Assembly (NCBI GenBank): GCA_977016875.1
Contig: CDRNST010000227.1
Span: forward strand, 62,001 to 126,000
Origin: Pavona decussata
Taxonomy: Eukaryota
Reading direction: 5' to 3'
DNA: 64,000 bases
Shown here in pieces: positions 14,101 to 25,500 of the stretch (position 1 is its first letter; each line of letters starts with the position of its first letter). Below the pieces are notes generated by a model. It had not been told where the DNA came from. It ran no database searches and saw only the letters and a program-made list of their open reading frames with translations. A program made the translations under genes and the position numbers.

Positions 14101-17100
14101 TGCGTAAGAATACATTGCAATACATTATGTCATTGGCACCATTTGTCTGGGTAAAAGGCAAAAAAACTCTTTTTCGCAACTCTCTCTGCCTGCCCACATT
14201 ATGTAGAACTTGACACACAATGTGGCAGATCTCATTTACTTTGAGCCGTCATTCGAGTCACGTCAGAGAGGCTGCTGCAAACAGGTCTTCATTTTAAAAA
14301 GTGATTTCAAACGAGGAGGAAAAGCAACAAGACAATGAAAGTGCTGGTCATGAATGTTGCTTGATTTTAAGGTTGCATTCGATTGACAGTATTCTGAAAA
14401 AAGAATAAGCAGAATAGCTATTAGATTTCTCTTTTTCAGTAATTTGGGAAGCCATTTCTGCAAACTTTTCCTGACACATTATAATTAAAGAGCAGTCTCG
14501 TGCTCCAGTAACTTTTAAAACTTGTAATGTGGGATTTCTTGTCATCATTGTATGTATCCCTACTCTGGAACATTAAGGGTCAATTGAACGCACCTTAAGT
14601 CTCTAATTGACTAGTAAATTACATAGGTAGTTTCTAAAGAAAACTATAATTATTTTTGTTATTATTATTTTTTTGTTCCTCTTCAGGCCGAGAAGAACAA
14701 CATTTTGATAGGTTTCATGTTTCGCCTGATGGAAAGCATCTCATTTTTGTTGGCAGTAATGGTTATTTAATTCTTCTTTCAAACAAGGTTGGTAATGTCA
14801 CTGTGAACTTATTTCTCTTGTTCTTCAAGGCTTTGATTGACTGTTAATGCTGCTGATTTATTTTGCTTTATCTGAAGACAAAACAGTGGATTGGCAACTT
14901 GAAGATGAATGGCTCAGTGGGTTCAATAGCATTCAACGGTGATGGATCGCGCATGTACACAGCAGGAGGTATGTTAAATGTATAGTTTGATTATATTAAT
15001 TTTGATATTGCCAAGTGGCATAATTTTAAAAATTGTCATAAAATAATAATCACAAAAACAGAATTAATGCAATGTAGTTCCATTAAGAGCTCAAAGATAA
15101 TACAAATAACAAGCCTTGTCAGTGTGGGGTGGGAAGTCTCCCCCCCCCCAGGGAGGGGGTATTCAACAAAGTTTTATATGGGGAGGCTCTGTCCGAGATG
15201 CAAACCCTTACACTTTTATATGCCATTTTACCATGCTTACTAGTAGAAACACTATCTTTTTTGAATCAAAAATATTGGTTTCCTGCTCTGGAATCATGAT
15301 TTTAAAATGTAAAAAAAATTTAAAAATTCTGTACTCAGAGCGCAAGTAAAATTTTTTTAAGGTGGGATATTTCGGTCGGATCCACCGAACTTCGTCAGCC
15401 CTTCGTCAGCCACAATGCAAATTTGAATGTTAAGACCCCTTCTTAACATTCAAATTTGCATTGATTTTTATATAGATATTTTTATATTTTATAATCTATC
15501 TTTTTCGTTGAGTCTGTTGGAGATATTTTGAAAGGCCCTTTTAAATACCTAATTGACAGTTTTCCCTACCCTTTTCTATATTTTGTGTCTTGAAATCCCT
15601 ACCCTTTTATATACCTCCATCCTTTTGGGCGGAGCCTTGCCTTCTAGTCCATTATAGGGAGTACCCCACCTCTCTTTCCCGGGGGGATGGCCCATCAGAA
15701 ATTTTAAAAGGAATGGTCTTTGAAAGTTCGAGAATCTCATTTTGTGGGGGTGACTAAAAAGTCAGTTCTTCTCTTAATAGGTATCAATTTTCTCAAAGTT
15801 CTTGATAGGTTTCCTGGCCAGCATATATCCTGTAAAATACTGTGACCGTGGGCTCCTGACTATAATAATGTTTATGGTGGTTGCTTTAACCCCTACATGG
15901 CTGAAAGAGCACTATTATCACTTTCATGTGTATTCCCCCCATGGAAAAAACAGATACAACACAGGCCAATGGTTGAAACAATATCCTCTCTTGGTTAGGC
16001 ATGTTTTTTCCCAGGCAGTCGGTTTTACTAAACCTTGCATTAATTTTCAGTATTATGATATCTTGAGCTTTATTTTTTGTTGTTGTTTGTCTGCAGATGA
16101 TGGAGAAGTGTATGTGTGGGACATGAACACACGCAACTGTGTACACAAATTTAGGGACGAAGGATGTCTCAACTCAACGACACTGGCGGCATCAAGAGAT
16201 GGCCAGTATCTTGCCTGTGGGTGAGTGAGTGTGACTTTTTCTGCATTCCATAAACCATCTCTGTTTATCTCTTGACAACAGTAGCCTATAGCTGTAGCTG
16301 CCGCAACGGGTGAAACAAAAGTCGAAAAAGGTGTCTGCTCTCGCAGGTTACGCCTACGGCAATATGTAACAATGTGTTACCGGGTAGAACCCTTGTTAAA
16401 TTAGAATATCAGCCCATAGTTTATTCAGTAATTGTCAGAGGAATGTTATCAATATTAACAGTTGATTTATGTTGTACTTACCTTACAATCAGAGCGCTCA
16501 GTGTTACCAGCTCTTGCTCACAGCAAATGACGAAGGTCTCGCACACTCGAAATTGCCAGTGGCGTTACTTTGCCAATGATATAAACAACTGATAAAGGAA
16601 CGAAAACAAGCCTTACATGTATGTTGAACATTGTCAGGCTTTATTGAAAGTTACATTGATTGTGTTCATCACTGCGAGGATAACAAAATTACCAGCGAAC
16701 CGCCATGTATTGCTTACAACTTTTAACTGCCCCGTTGCAATGACCTTCCTCATTTCTATCAGTTCCTCATCTGTAGCAGAGGCTTCTTTGCTCTCATGGG
16801 TTATGAGCGTGGAAGGTGGGCGGGCTGTTGTAGAGTAGTGCTTATTATAATACTGTTAGGATCATTTATTTTGTATTGTTGCACTGATTGCAGATCTGAT
16901 AGTGGTGTAGTAAACATCTATGATGAGCAGTTTTTACATCAGACCCAACCAAAACCACTCAAGGCCATCATGAATTTGACAACAAGCGCCAGTAAAATTT
17001 TGTTTAACTCTACAAGGTATGTAACTGTCTTGTTTATTTCATATTGGGCTGGTATTCCTTTGTTCTGTTCGTCCGCGTAATCCTTTAAAAATGTCGAAAG

Positions 17101-19452
17101 CAAAGACAGTTTTATCTTTCTCAACTTATCCACAATGTTACAGGTTGAATGTAGAATCTGTTCTAATGTTGTTTATCAGGAACCTTCCCCTGTTTTCGCT
17201 CAGTTGAGCGAGTAGAGCTAGCAATCGCGCTAAAAAAAATGCAACCTTGTAGGAACGCCAAGGTCCTGCTTCGCTCTCGCTCGCTGATAATTTTTTCTTT
17301 TGGCTTTACTATCCATAAGGAAAGAGATGAGGTATTGGTCGTAGGGTAGTTTAATCTTTACTAGCCTCTAATAATGATCTGCCTTCGTCACGACAGAATA
17401 GATCATGGACTGCTCTCAAATGTTAGGATAGTTCAACTTTACCAGTCTTTATTAATCAGCTGCAAACATCAGATTTGATGGAGTACCATTCAACGATACT
17501 TAAACCGAGGATTGAAATACACCAATAACACTAACAACCACCCTGATAGTTATAATGATACACAGCCAGTCGACACCATGGCCTGATGAACACCTAACCC
17601 CTGTTGTTCAAGGAGCGGATAACTCTATCCAGTGGAAAAATCGCTATCCAGCGGATAAAATGTACTCCAAGCACAAAAAAGCACAAATAAAGATTATCAT
17701 TATTTATTATTATTACCAAGCAATACATTACGACTTATCCACTGGATAAAGTTGAACAACTGGGGCAGCAGTATAGTGGTCGAAACGTCGCAATCCACAT
17801 CAAAGTGACTCAATTGTGAGACAAACGTTTAACTTTAAGCTATCATTTCAAACCATGATGCCTATCACCGTTCATGATAATTTTGTTCGCTTCTTTTTCA
17901 GCGAAGTTTTGGCGATTTCATCAAGAGTTAAAAAAGATTGTTTTAAATTGGTAAGAAGATGAGTTTGCCAGTACTTATCCCATGAAGCCACAAGCGCCAG
18001 AATGTATTAATGTTTTTTTTTATTATTATTTATTTCCTTCCAGCTTCATTTGCCGTCACTTACTGTCTTTCCCAACTGGCCCTCTTCTCACACTCCACTC
18101 AGATACGTAAATACTTTCGACTTCTCTCCAAACAGTGGTTATCTCTCCATTGGTAACGATCGCGGGAAGGCGTTACTTTTCAGGTAAGCATTGAGCTCTG
18201 CATATGAGGCATGAGTTATAGTACATGTGAATGAAAAGTGACCTTCCCTTCGAACTATCAAGAACATCGAAAGCGAACATTTCCAGGTTTCTTCGAGGTT
18301 GGGGCTATGATCATTACAATACCAGTGAAAATGCTCAGGAAACTACTAGCTATCACGTGATACAACGAGTGCGAGGGATTGTGTCTGCGAAATCTGCGAG
18401 CCAGCGCCATGCGAGTCACGCGAGTCATGCGAGTCATGCGAGCCACAGTGCTCGCATTTTTATTTGTTTTATTTACATTCGCGTGAGAAAATTTTGGACG
18501 AATTTTTTTCTTTGTTTTTTTTTTTTTTTTCGTTTTTGTTATAATTTTGGAGAGAATTTTGAGAATTTTTCAAAATCGCCCAAGATGCACAAAAAAATAA
18601 AAACAATACGCAAAAATTTATTAACGTTCAAGACTTCAGAAAAAAAATCCGAGAAAAACATTCGGCTGCACCGCTACTCGAATAGGTATCTATTGACACA
18701 TGTCATTCATTGATATCCACGTGGAACTTCATTCAAGAAAAAAAAAGAAAAGAAGAGCACTTCGATCTCCGTGTGTTGGCGTCAAGAATGGTGAGTAAAT
18801 CGCGCCATTTTAACAGGTTTGGTCTTTAGTGAATCAGAGTTATCAGAACTCTGTCGGTTGGCTGAATGCTGCATGTGGTTGTCCTTTCCCTTAGACAAGT
18901 CTTTCTTCAAAACTCGCCACTAGAGTGGCAGAGGCTGGTTTCGAGATAGCATTCAACATTGACTTCGGTCATCTTTGAGTACTCATTTATCATACCTTAC
19001 AAGATTGGAATGACACTGACAATCAGTCCTGACGTGTCAATTAACAAAAAACTGAAATATGATGGTTTGCGTTGTCCCACTGTAATAATTAAATATTGCG
19101 ATGTTATTCATCTTGTTCCGATGCTCTTGTTCTTGTTCTTCTGTGAATGTATACACTGGTGCGCATCCCTTACAGAATGCTTAATGCCATAAATTCTTAA
19201 CATTTATACTGTGGCTCGCATAACTTGCACGGCTCGCACGGCTCGCATGGCTCACACCTTGGCTCGCATGGCTCGCTGACTCGCAGATTTTTATCACTCC
19301 AAGGGATTCATCATCCAACACCCAGCAACAGATGAAGCACAAGGGAGCAGTCTCCTACGTAGTTTGATTTCTTCCGACAATGTAGTAGTCATAAATGTTC
19401 AATACAGTTATTTTTACTTTTTCATAGATTAAATCATTACATGGACTCGTGA
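2186..19452 (+). CDS. UTP18: U3 small nucleolar RNA-associated protein 18 homolog (WD40, SSU processome), 14 exons, ~512 aa
   Basis: Exons, all GT-AG and phase-consistent (1539 nt): 2186-2398, 6155-6258, 8852-8950, 9596-9654, 12259-12413, 13092-13175, 13721-13892, 14687-14787, 14878-14968, 16097-16220, 16894-17016, 17902-17950, 18044-18183, 19428-19452. Motifs: LERLVFG, PAWVDD, RVKDAN, FHPSAKVLLTAG, IDGQNNPKLQSIFLENFPI, GSDSGVVNIYD, LHLPSLTVFPNWP, FSPNSGYLSIGNDRGKALLFRLNHY*. AATAAA at 19569. Confidence 0.95.
2686..3770. mobile_element. Non-autonomous foldback/MULE-like DNA transposon: 224-bp TIRs, 9-bp TSD TAACCTAAA
   Basis: 2686-2909 is the reverse complement of 3547-3770 (the ORF track gives the same peptide on both strands). 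taacctaaa flanks both ends (2677-2685, 3771-3779). Confidence 0.9.
4024..5843. mobile_element. Degenerate TA-flanked MITE-type element with poly-C subterminal tracts, enclosing a Crypton-like relic
   Basis: Left end ta|ctgtaaattctctattaag matches the reverse complement of right end cttaagagaggatttacct|ta; aagcccccc tracts at both ends. Confidence 0.55.
4850..5250 (+). pseudogene. Decayed Crypton-like (tyrosine-recombinase transposon; DUF3504/ZMYM-QRICH1-KCTD1 type) coding fragment
   Basis: LLKHFFQEV...KRNGKEYEPATLTAYRKGLRRHFLE followed, after a frameshift and a stop, by ARQKYLKASEKGSSPNKSDP. This matches the family pattern FFxEvRKxxGxEYEPxxL...KxLKxxGKGNxPNKA (recalled, not searched). Confidence 0.65.
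6364..8539. mobile_element. Old ~2.2-kb TIR element with nested repeats
   Basis: Left tgggttgttccagaaaaaattggcacccccatgacggatggcaag versus right cttgccatctgtcatggagatgtggataattttttctggaataacaca (imperfect ~45-bp inverted repeat). Confidence 0.65.
7636..7900 (-). mobile_element. tRNA-derived SINE-like repeat, CpG-decayed copy
   Basis: The minus strand carries A-box-like (agttggtagagc) and B-box-like (gggttcaaatcc) motifs; same family as 37772-37967. Confidence 0.7.
10594..12004. mobile_element. ~1.4-kb non-autonomous TIR element inserted into a decayed copy of the TTAA-MITE family seen at 41861
   Basis: TIR gtgtagttccagaaaatatccatacccccaccacggagggaatt / aattccctccgtggtgggggtatggatattttctggaaccacac, with an apparent 'att' duplication. 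The flanks join into ...aaaaat..tattagtaggcacggt, matching the right end of the 41861-42223 element. A solo end fragment lies at ~5846-5965. Confidence 0.8.
12603..12790. mobile_element. Short palindromic MITE; second copy at 40447-40710
   Basis: Inverted ends atagaccctatgcaaaaatgg...ccatttttccattaggtctat; internal sequence shared with 40447-40710. Confidence 0.7.
17395..17830 (+). mobile_element. Penelope-type repeat fragment with a minimal hammerhead motif interrupted by a palindromic MITE (~17597-17766)
   Basis: CTGATGA at 17583, tggtc-GAAA-CGTC at 17777-17789, MITE arms gttgttcaagg.../...ttgaacaac between them. Homologous inverted copy at ~56058-56345. Confidence 0.55.
18381..19300. mobile_element. 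TIR element with subterminal 9-bp tandem repeats (gcgagtcat / atggctcgc)
   Basis: aaatctgcgagccagcg...gcgagccacagt on the left is inverted as actgtggctcgc...cgctgactcgcagattt on the right; the flanks share agggatt (possible TSD). Confidence 0.7.
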
Positions 19453-20079
19453 CATGCTGAACGTTGCTGTTCATCTTGTGTACAACATGCAGTCAAGGAA
19501 AACGTACATGCGACTGAGTCCGTGGTGTCAGGAGTTGCTCAACAACGTGATGTCATGTCGTTAAGCTGAATAAAGGACATGTTTCCAGATTGGAGATAGC
19601 GAACCAGAGCATTTTCGGTTATTTCTACGAGGGTTACTTGCCCGTTAAAACAGACCTTCGCAATCGCGAGTAATATTTCCATTCCTCTGAGATTTCGAGA
19701 CAGGGTTGTATCAGTTGCAGGGTCGAGAAACTGATTTAATGTGTCTCACATGCGGAGACATTTACTATCATATAATACCCCTCTCGCCCCCTCCCACCCT
19801 GCATGGTTTAATTTATCCCAATATTGTTGGATTCGGAGGATGACTTTCGCTGGAGAAGTCACTCAGCGACAACAGCAACAAATTTATTATGTAAAATGAT
19901 ATTTGGAAAGTGTTTTACAATAAAATCCATCCACAGCCACTAGTATCCCAGAATACAAGACTATCTATTTTACCTGAATTCATTAATTTTTGTTCACCGC
20001 CATGGTGAATTCACCAGAAGATAAAGAATCTGAAAACCGTTTACAAATTAATTTAGTTTGATCACATCAAAGTAAACTA

Positions 20080-21580
20080 CAGTCGAACCTCCCTTTGCGA
20101 CCACCTCTCGTAAGTGACCACCTCCCATTAGCGACCACTTTTCCAAAATACCAAAAGTTTTCGAGTCAAATCACTATAGATGGAACCTCTCGTAGGCGAC
20201 CACCTCTCGTAAACGACCACTTTTAGAGATGATTGTTTATAATTTTCAATTGTTTTTAACCTCTCGTAGGCGACCACTTGACGCACAATCTGCTGTATCT
20301 CTCGTGGGCGGAAATCGTAATGTGTCGCTGTACCATAGGCTACATCATTACAGCAGACGCCGTGAATCTCACAGTCGGAGTGTTTCCCGATATAGCTTAG
20401 CATTGAAACGATTAATAAAATACACGTGCACTATACTTCACACTGAAATAAACTTTAATCAGATTAAATCTCTTGTAGGAAAAAAACTCTCTTATCTTTT
20501 TGCTTATGTTCCGTTCCCAGAAAAATTTAGACGGCGCCACCTGGAGTATTAAAAGGTATCCGGTCGTTTCGTTCCATGGTCGTTTCGTTCCAAGGCACTT
20601 CGTTCCATAAAAAAGTCGTTTCGTTCCACGGAATAATCACGTCGTTCCATAAAAAAGTCGTTTCGTTCCACGCATTAGTCAATTCGTTCCAGCAAAAATA
20701 GTCTTAAACAAATTACATACAGCTTACCTCAAGTCGCGCAACGGCAGCAGATCGAGAAATTTGTCTGAAACATATCCGTCTCCCTAATCTTCTTGCGCGC
20801 GCAATCAGTTGATAGAGAACACGTATGATAAACGCAATGGACTGAACATTACCGGCCACGCGCGCACAAAATAAAAGCATGGATCCTGGAAAAAGTTAGT
20901 TAGGTACGCAACTTGACGGTCACAAACAATCTTTAATAGACAAACGTAAGATCTTTAATACGTCTGACAAAAGAAGAAATAGAACACTCTGCTTTTATAA
21001 ACGTCGTTAAACTTTATTTCAACCACACACAATGTGTGAACTTATGTTAATTCTAGGTGACGCTTAAAACCACGCGCAATGTGTGAACTTATGTTAATTC
21101 TAGGAACGCTTAAAACCACGCGCAATGTGTGAATTTATGTTAAGTAGGAGGGACTACTCCAATTAACAAACATCCTATTTACATATCAATCAACGTTTCG
21201 ACCAATCTAATCGCGTGTTTATACTAAAGTGAAAATTTGGATCCGTGGGTTGAGTATAAAAGGAGAGTCAAGTTTCTTTCACAATAATTGTGTCAATCGC
21301 TGTATTAAGTAATTTGTGAGAAACAAACAATAATCACCATAGACCCTCAGATTTTTTGCCTAGAATAATTTTGTACCAGTCTTAAGTACTTGTAGCTAAG
21401 AAAAGTTATTACTTTGGGTCTCGATAAGCACTGGCAAAAGGCTTAGGTCTCCGCAATTACCATATGTAAATTACCCGAAATTTAGACCTCCTGTGATCCG
21501 ACCTCTGGTAAGCGACCACCTCCCATAAGCCACCACATATCCTTGACATTATGGGTGGTCGCTTACGGGAGTCTCGACCG
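20080..21580. mobile_element. Tc1/mariner-pogo-like non-autonomous element (TA-flanked) with internal tandem arrays
   Basis: ta|cagtcgaacctc...gagtctcgaccg|ta; repeated gcgaccacctc motifs near both ends; (ttcgttcca) array at 20566-20691; ~50-bp tandem repeat at 21030-21142. Confidence 0.75.
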
Positions 21581-21887
21581 TAATTTGTAGTTAGCCCCTG
21601 AGGGCTAATACACGGGAATTTTCCTCCTATACTAAATAAATCAAAGAAAATTACAGATAACGTACGGCATTATGATTAAGCCTTTTCTATTAATAAAAGA
21701 ACGATTCCGTACACTGAACTTTGAGCTACTGTATGAGCTAGAGTATAAAATACGGTATGAATTATAATGTACTGTATTCACCATAAACTGGTATGACTTC
21801 TACGATATCAAGGACGGTATTACATTTCCAATAAAGTTTATCGCTGTTGTTTTTTAAGTTGGCCTGTTCACAGGCATTTCCTTGTCC

Positions 21888-22077
21888 AATAGGCCATTTT
21901 CATGATGGTGTCATTTGACTACAACTACTAGAATTCAATTCGTTTTCCTTTTCAAATTCAAATTTTGTAATCCCAGTGGAAAGAAAAGAATAATGGCTCT
22001 AATTAGCCTGAGAAAACAAAAAACTGAAGGATTCTGGTAGTTGTAGTCAAATGACGCCATAGTGAAAATGTCCTATT
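21888..22077. mobile_element. Short palindromic MITE
   Basis: aataggccattttcatgatggtgtcatttgactacaactac / gtagttgtagtcaaatgacgccatagtgaaaatgtcctatt. Confidence 0.75.
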
Positions 22078-22260
22078 ATTATCATTTGCACATTGAACAA
22101 TTGCAGACATAAAATTCATAAAGAATAAGCCCAGCCGATTTGGAAACATGAATTTCTGTCCTATGATAAGCCCCTAAAAAAAGTCATTTAAAAGCTAAAA
22201 GCCCCGGTTTTACGGTAGCTCGGTCAGAAAAAGACCCAGTTTTTTATTCGCCGCCGGCGA

Positions 22261-22382
22261 TCCTCGGAGACCCCGGGGTAGAGAGTGAGGTCGAAAAGTA
22301 GGGACTTTACCTTTCTTGAATTTCCTCCCGCCTGTTTTGGCTTTCCCCTCGTCCCCACTATCTGCCCCTGGGTCTCCGAGGA
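22261..22382. mobile_element. Small GC-rich MITE immediately upstream of WBP4
   Basis: Inverted ends tcctcggagaccc...gggtctccgagga. Confidence 0.6.
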
Positions 22383-22526
22383 CCGCGAGAGGCACCCGCG
22401 TGGCGCGCGCGAGTCGTGTAAGAAACTGACTCATACCCAATCTTCTTCATTTGTCTCTTGTTTGTGGGAGACTGGGACCGACGGCGCCATGTTGGAGTAA
22501 ACTTCGAAGGTACAGCAACTGAGAAC

Positions 22527-25500
22527 ATGTGAGTATGCTAAATTGACATTCTCCAGTTTATACTAGTCTAACGGAAGAGGAAGGAATGCCAGTTATATAC
22601 ATTTTCCTCTTGATTTAGGGCTGAATACTGGAAGTCTCAACCGAGAAAGCTCTGCGAATTTTGCAAGTGTTGGATCACTGACAACAAACCGGTAAGTTTT
22701 TGTTCAGCCAACAGCTGCATTTTTTGTTGTTGTTGTGGTTGAGTTCAGTCATTTTCAATTATGAGCTGGACTTGGGTGGTCAGTCGATAAACCGATGTTA
22801 AATTGATATATACATAAAGTAACAATTAATGGACAGCAATCTATTGATATCCAATAACAATCAATGAAAAATATCGGTAAAGAAAAAAAGTTGTGAGTTC
22901 AATTACTATTGGTTGCCAATAGAAATCGATGGTGATTGATTCACCGATTGGTATCGGTTACTAGTGACTGTTATCATAAATTATTACACTCGTAAAATCA
23001 TTGACACAATTTGTCAAATATTATGATGAAAATAAACAACATAGTCGGTGCTTTCAAGATTTCGTTTATTTGTAAAACTGCGGCTTTCAATAACATGCAA
23101 ATTCTGAACTTCAAAACCCATCTAATGATTTACCTGGTTTACTGCCGTCAAATCATAATTATGGAGACAACTGACTGACCGCAAAAATACAGAAACCAAC
23201 AAAGTGGATCCAAATCCACCAATCATATTGTTTGAATGTGACCTTTTGAACCCACTGAGACAAACATCTTAGCTTTCTAAAGGGTGATTTACACGGTATG
23301 AATTTGTCGCATATGACTATCTTACGACAGGCCTAGGACACAAATTTTTTCGTGTAAATCAAATCTACAACTGGCTTACAATTGTCATGTACGTCACAAA
23401 AAATGTCAGGATTTTAAAATCCTACAACAATCGTAGGTAATTTTTAGGCAACGTTGAATGACAGGAGTTGTGTGTGATTTTTTGCTTGATGTGAGCAGCG
23501 CGTGCCCTGGAAATCGCATGGGGCAGTCGTAAGCAAAAAGTGTGCCATCTAAATTGGCCTTAAGAGGTCCGCTGAGCTAATTGACGGTAGTCAAAAATGC
23601 AACGGTTGATTAAGTCTTGAAGCTCAGACTACCTATGTTATTGTAAGGTGCAGTAAGAAAGAAATGTAAGAATAAATCTCAGACTAATCAAGAAAGAAAA
23701 TATAATTCAGTAGCACAGCAGTAGCAGTGCCATACAAGTAAATATCCACTATCTTCATTTCAGTTCTGTGAGTTTGATTGTATCAATAATATTGATTTCC
23801 AATTTAAGTGTCAATTGATGGACTACTCCTGGCTAAAGTTGAAAGTTGTTGTGTGAAATGGTTCATGCATAGAGTGATTTCACTTATGCTATTCAGTAAC
23901 ATCAATGAATAATCAATAGGGCTAAGGCCACAAAAATTTTGCCTTCGATTAGTCATCGATTATTGGCAGTAATCAATGACTTGTCAGCTGAATTCTCATT
24001 GATTACCCACTGATTAATACAGTTAAATGAATATTTATCTTTTAATAACCAAGTTAACAACCATGAGCTTAGCAGTCCTATTTCCTCAGTAGCCAGTGGT
24101 AGTCAGTTCATGAGTGCATGTTCAGATAGCACGTCACCAATGTGTTATAGTGTCACCGTGGTGCTTTAGTCCTCTAACATTTCTGTGTGATTTACTTGTG
24201 GTTACAAGTAGCGGTTTTCTTTAGTGTTTTGGTACCACGGCTTTTTTCCCCTTGTATCCCTTTCCCCTTTTTCTTCCTTTCACTCATCCAATCAGTGTGG
24301 TGGGTGCCTGGGATGGGGGCTCATGGCTGGGTTGTGGGTATTTGCCAGCTGCAGGGGCAGTATTCTAACTAGGGGCTGGCTGGTCACAGTGGAAGACCCT
24401 GAATGTCCCAGGCACTCACCTTCCACTTTAACAGCAAGGCAGCTGGCTAACTCATTGATGTCATTGATCATTGATTAGCTACATGTATGCCTAGTATATT
24501 ATATAGTGAAGAGATTGTTGATGTCACCTGTTGATCAATATCAATGTGCCAGCCAGATGTTCATTGGCTGTTGAACAAAGTGCTTTTTGTTCTATATTTA
24601 AATCACAAAAGGAACTTTTTGTGAACAGATATCTTCCCTTTGTAATTTTACTCAGATAATCTTGTGCTTGTATGAAAGTTTCAAATGGTATCAATTATAG
24701 AGCCAATAAATTGTATCATTAGGGACACCATGGGCCACAAAATCTGTACAGGATGACCTCAAGAACCATTTTGAAAATCATTTTGACATTAATCTTAATA
24801 AATAGGAGCACAAAAACGACTAAACCAAAAGTTATTTTAATATCTAATCATTTTAAATATATTTTAATCAAATGAGTTTTGACTAATGAGTGAGATGTTT
24901 CTGTGTAAAGCTGACTTGTGTTGTTTCCTTTAGAGCATAGAGTTTCACGAGAGAGGGAAGAAACACAAAGAAAATGTCCAGCGAAGAATTGAAGAGGTAA
25001 GAAATGGAGTGGATGTGATAGATACACCCAATTTTATTATGCATAAGTTCATCAATTAACACAAGTCAGAATTGTGGCATTTGTGCCCAGCTTGTTTACA
25101 AACTTGCTGTTAACAGATTGGGTTGCCAAGTGTAATTTCACGATAAACATGTTGAAAATAATGACCTAGTGGGTTTGAATTCCAGTTTGTTACCTGGTAT
25201 CATTTTTTGTCCTTAGTTTGTTTGGCAGCCACTTGTCCCTTGTTAAGTCCATAACAATTTCAGATTTTGTTTCTTTTCTCCTCCTCTTCCTATTTAAAGA
25301 ATAGTGGGAAATTGTATGGTGTGAGGACATAGCCGTCTGTCACTAGGATGTTACAGGCGAATGTTCCATATATAGTGGAATCTTGGATTTGCTTCAGTCA
25401 GAAATCTACCCCCGATGTTTGGAACTCCAGATTTTTCAAATCAAATTCAGTTTCCCTGGGAGGTTTGAAAAATCAGTATTCCACTGTAGTACTGAAAAAT

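Noticed and set aside
20566-20691. Repeat-spacer-like array (CRISPR?)
   Set aside because: 9-nt units, non-unique spacers, eukaryotic context and no cas genes; it is a transposon subterminal array.
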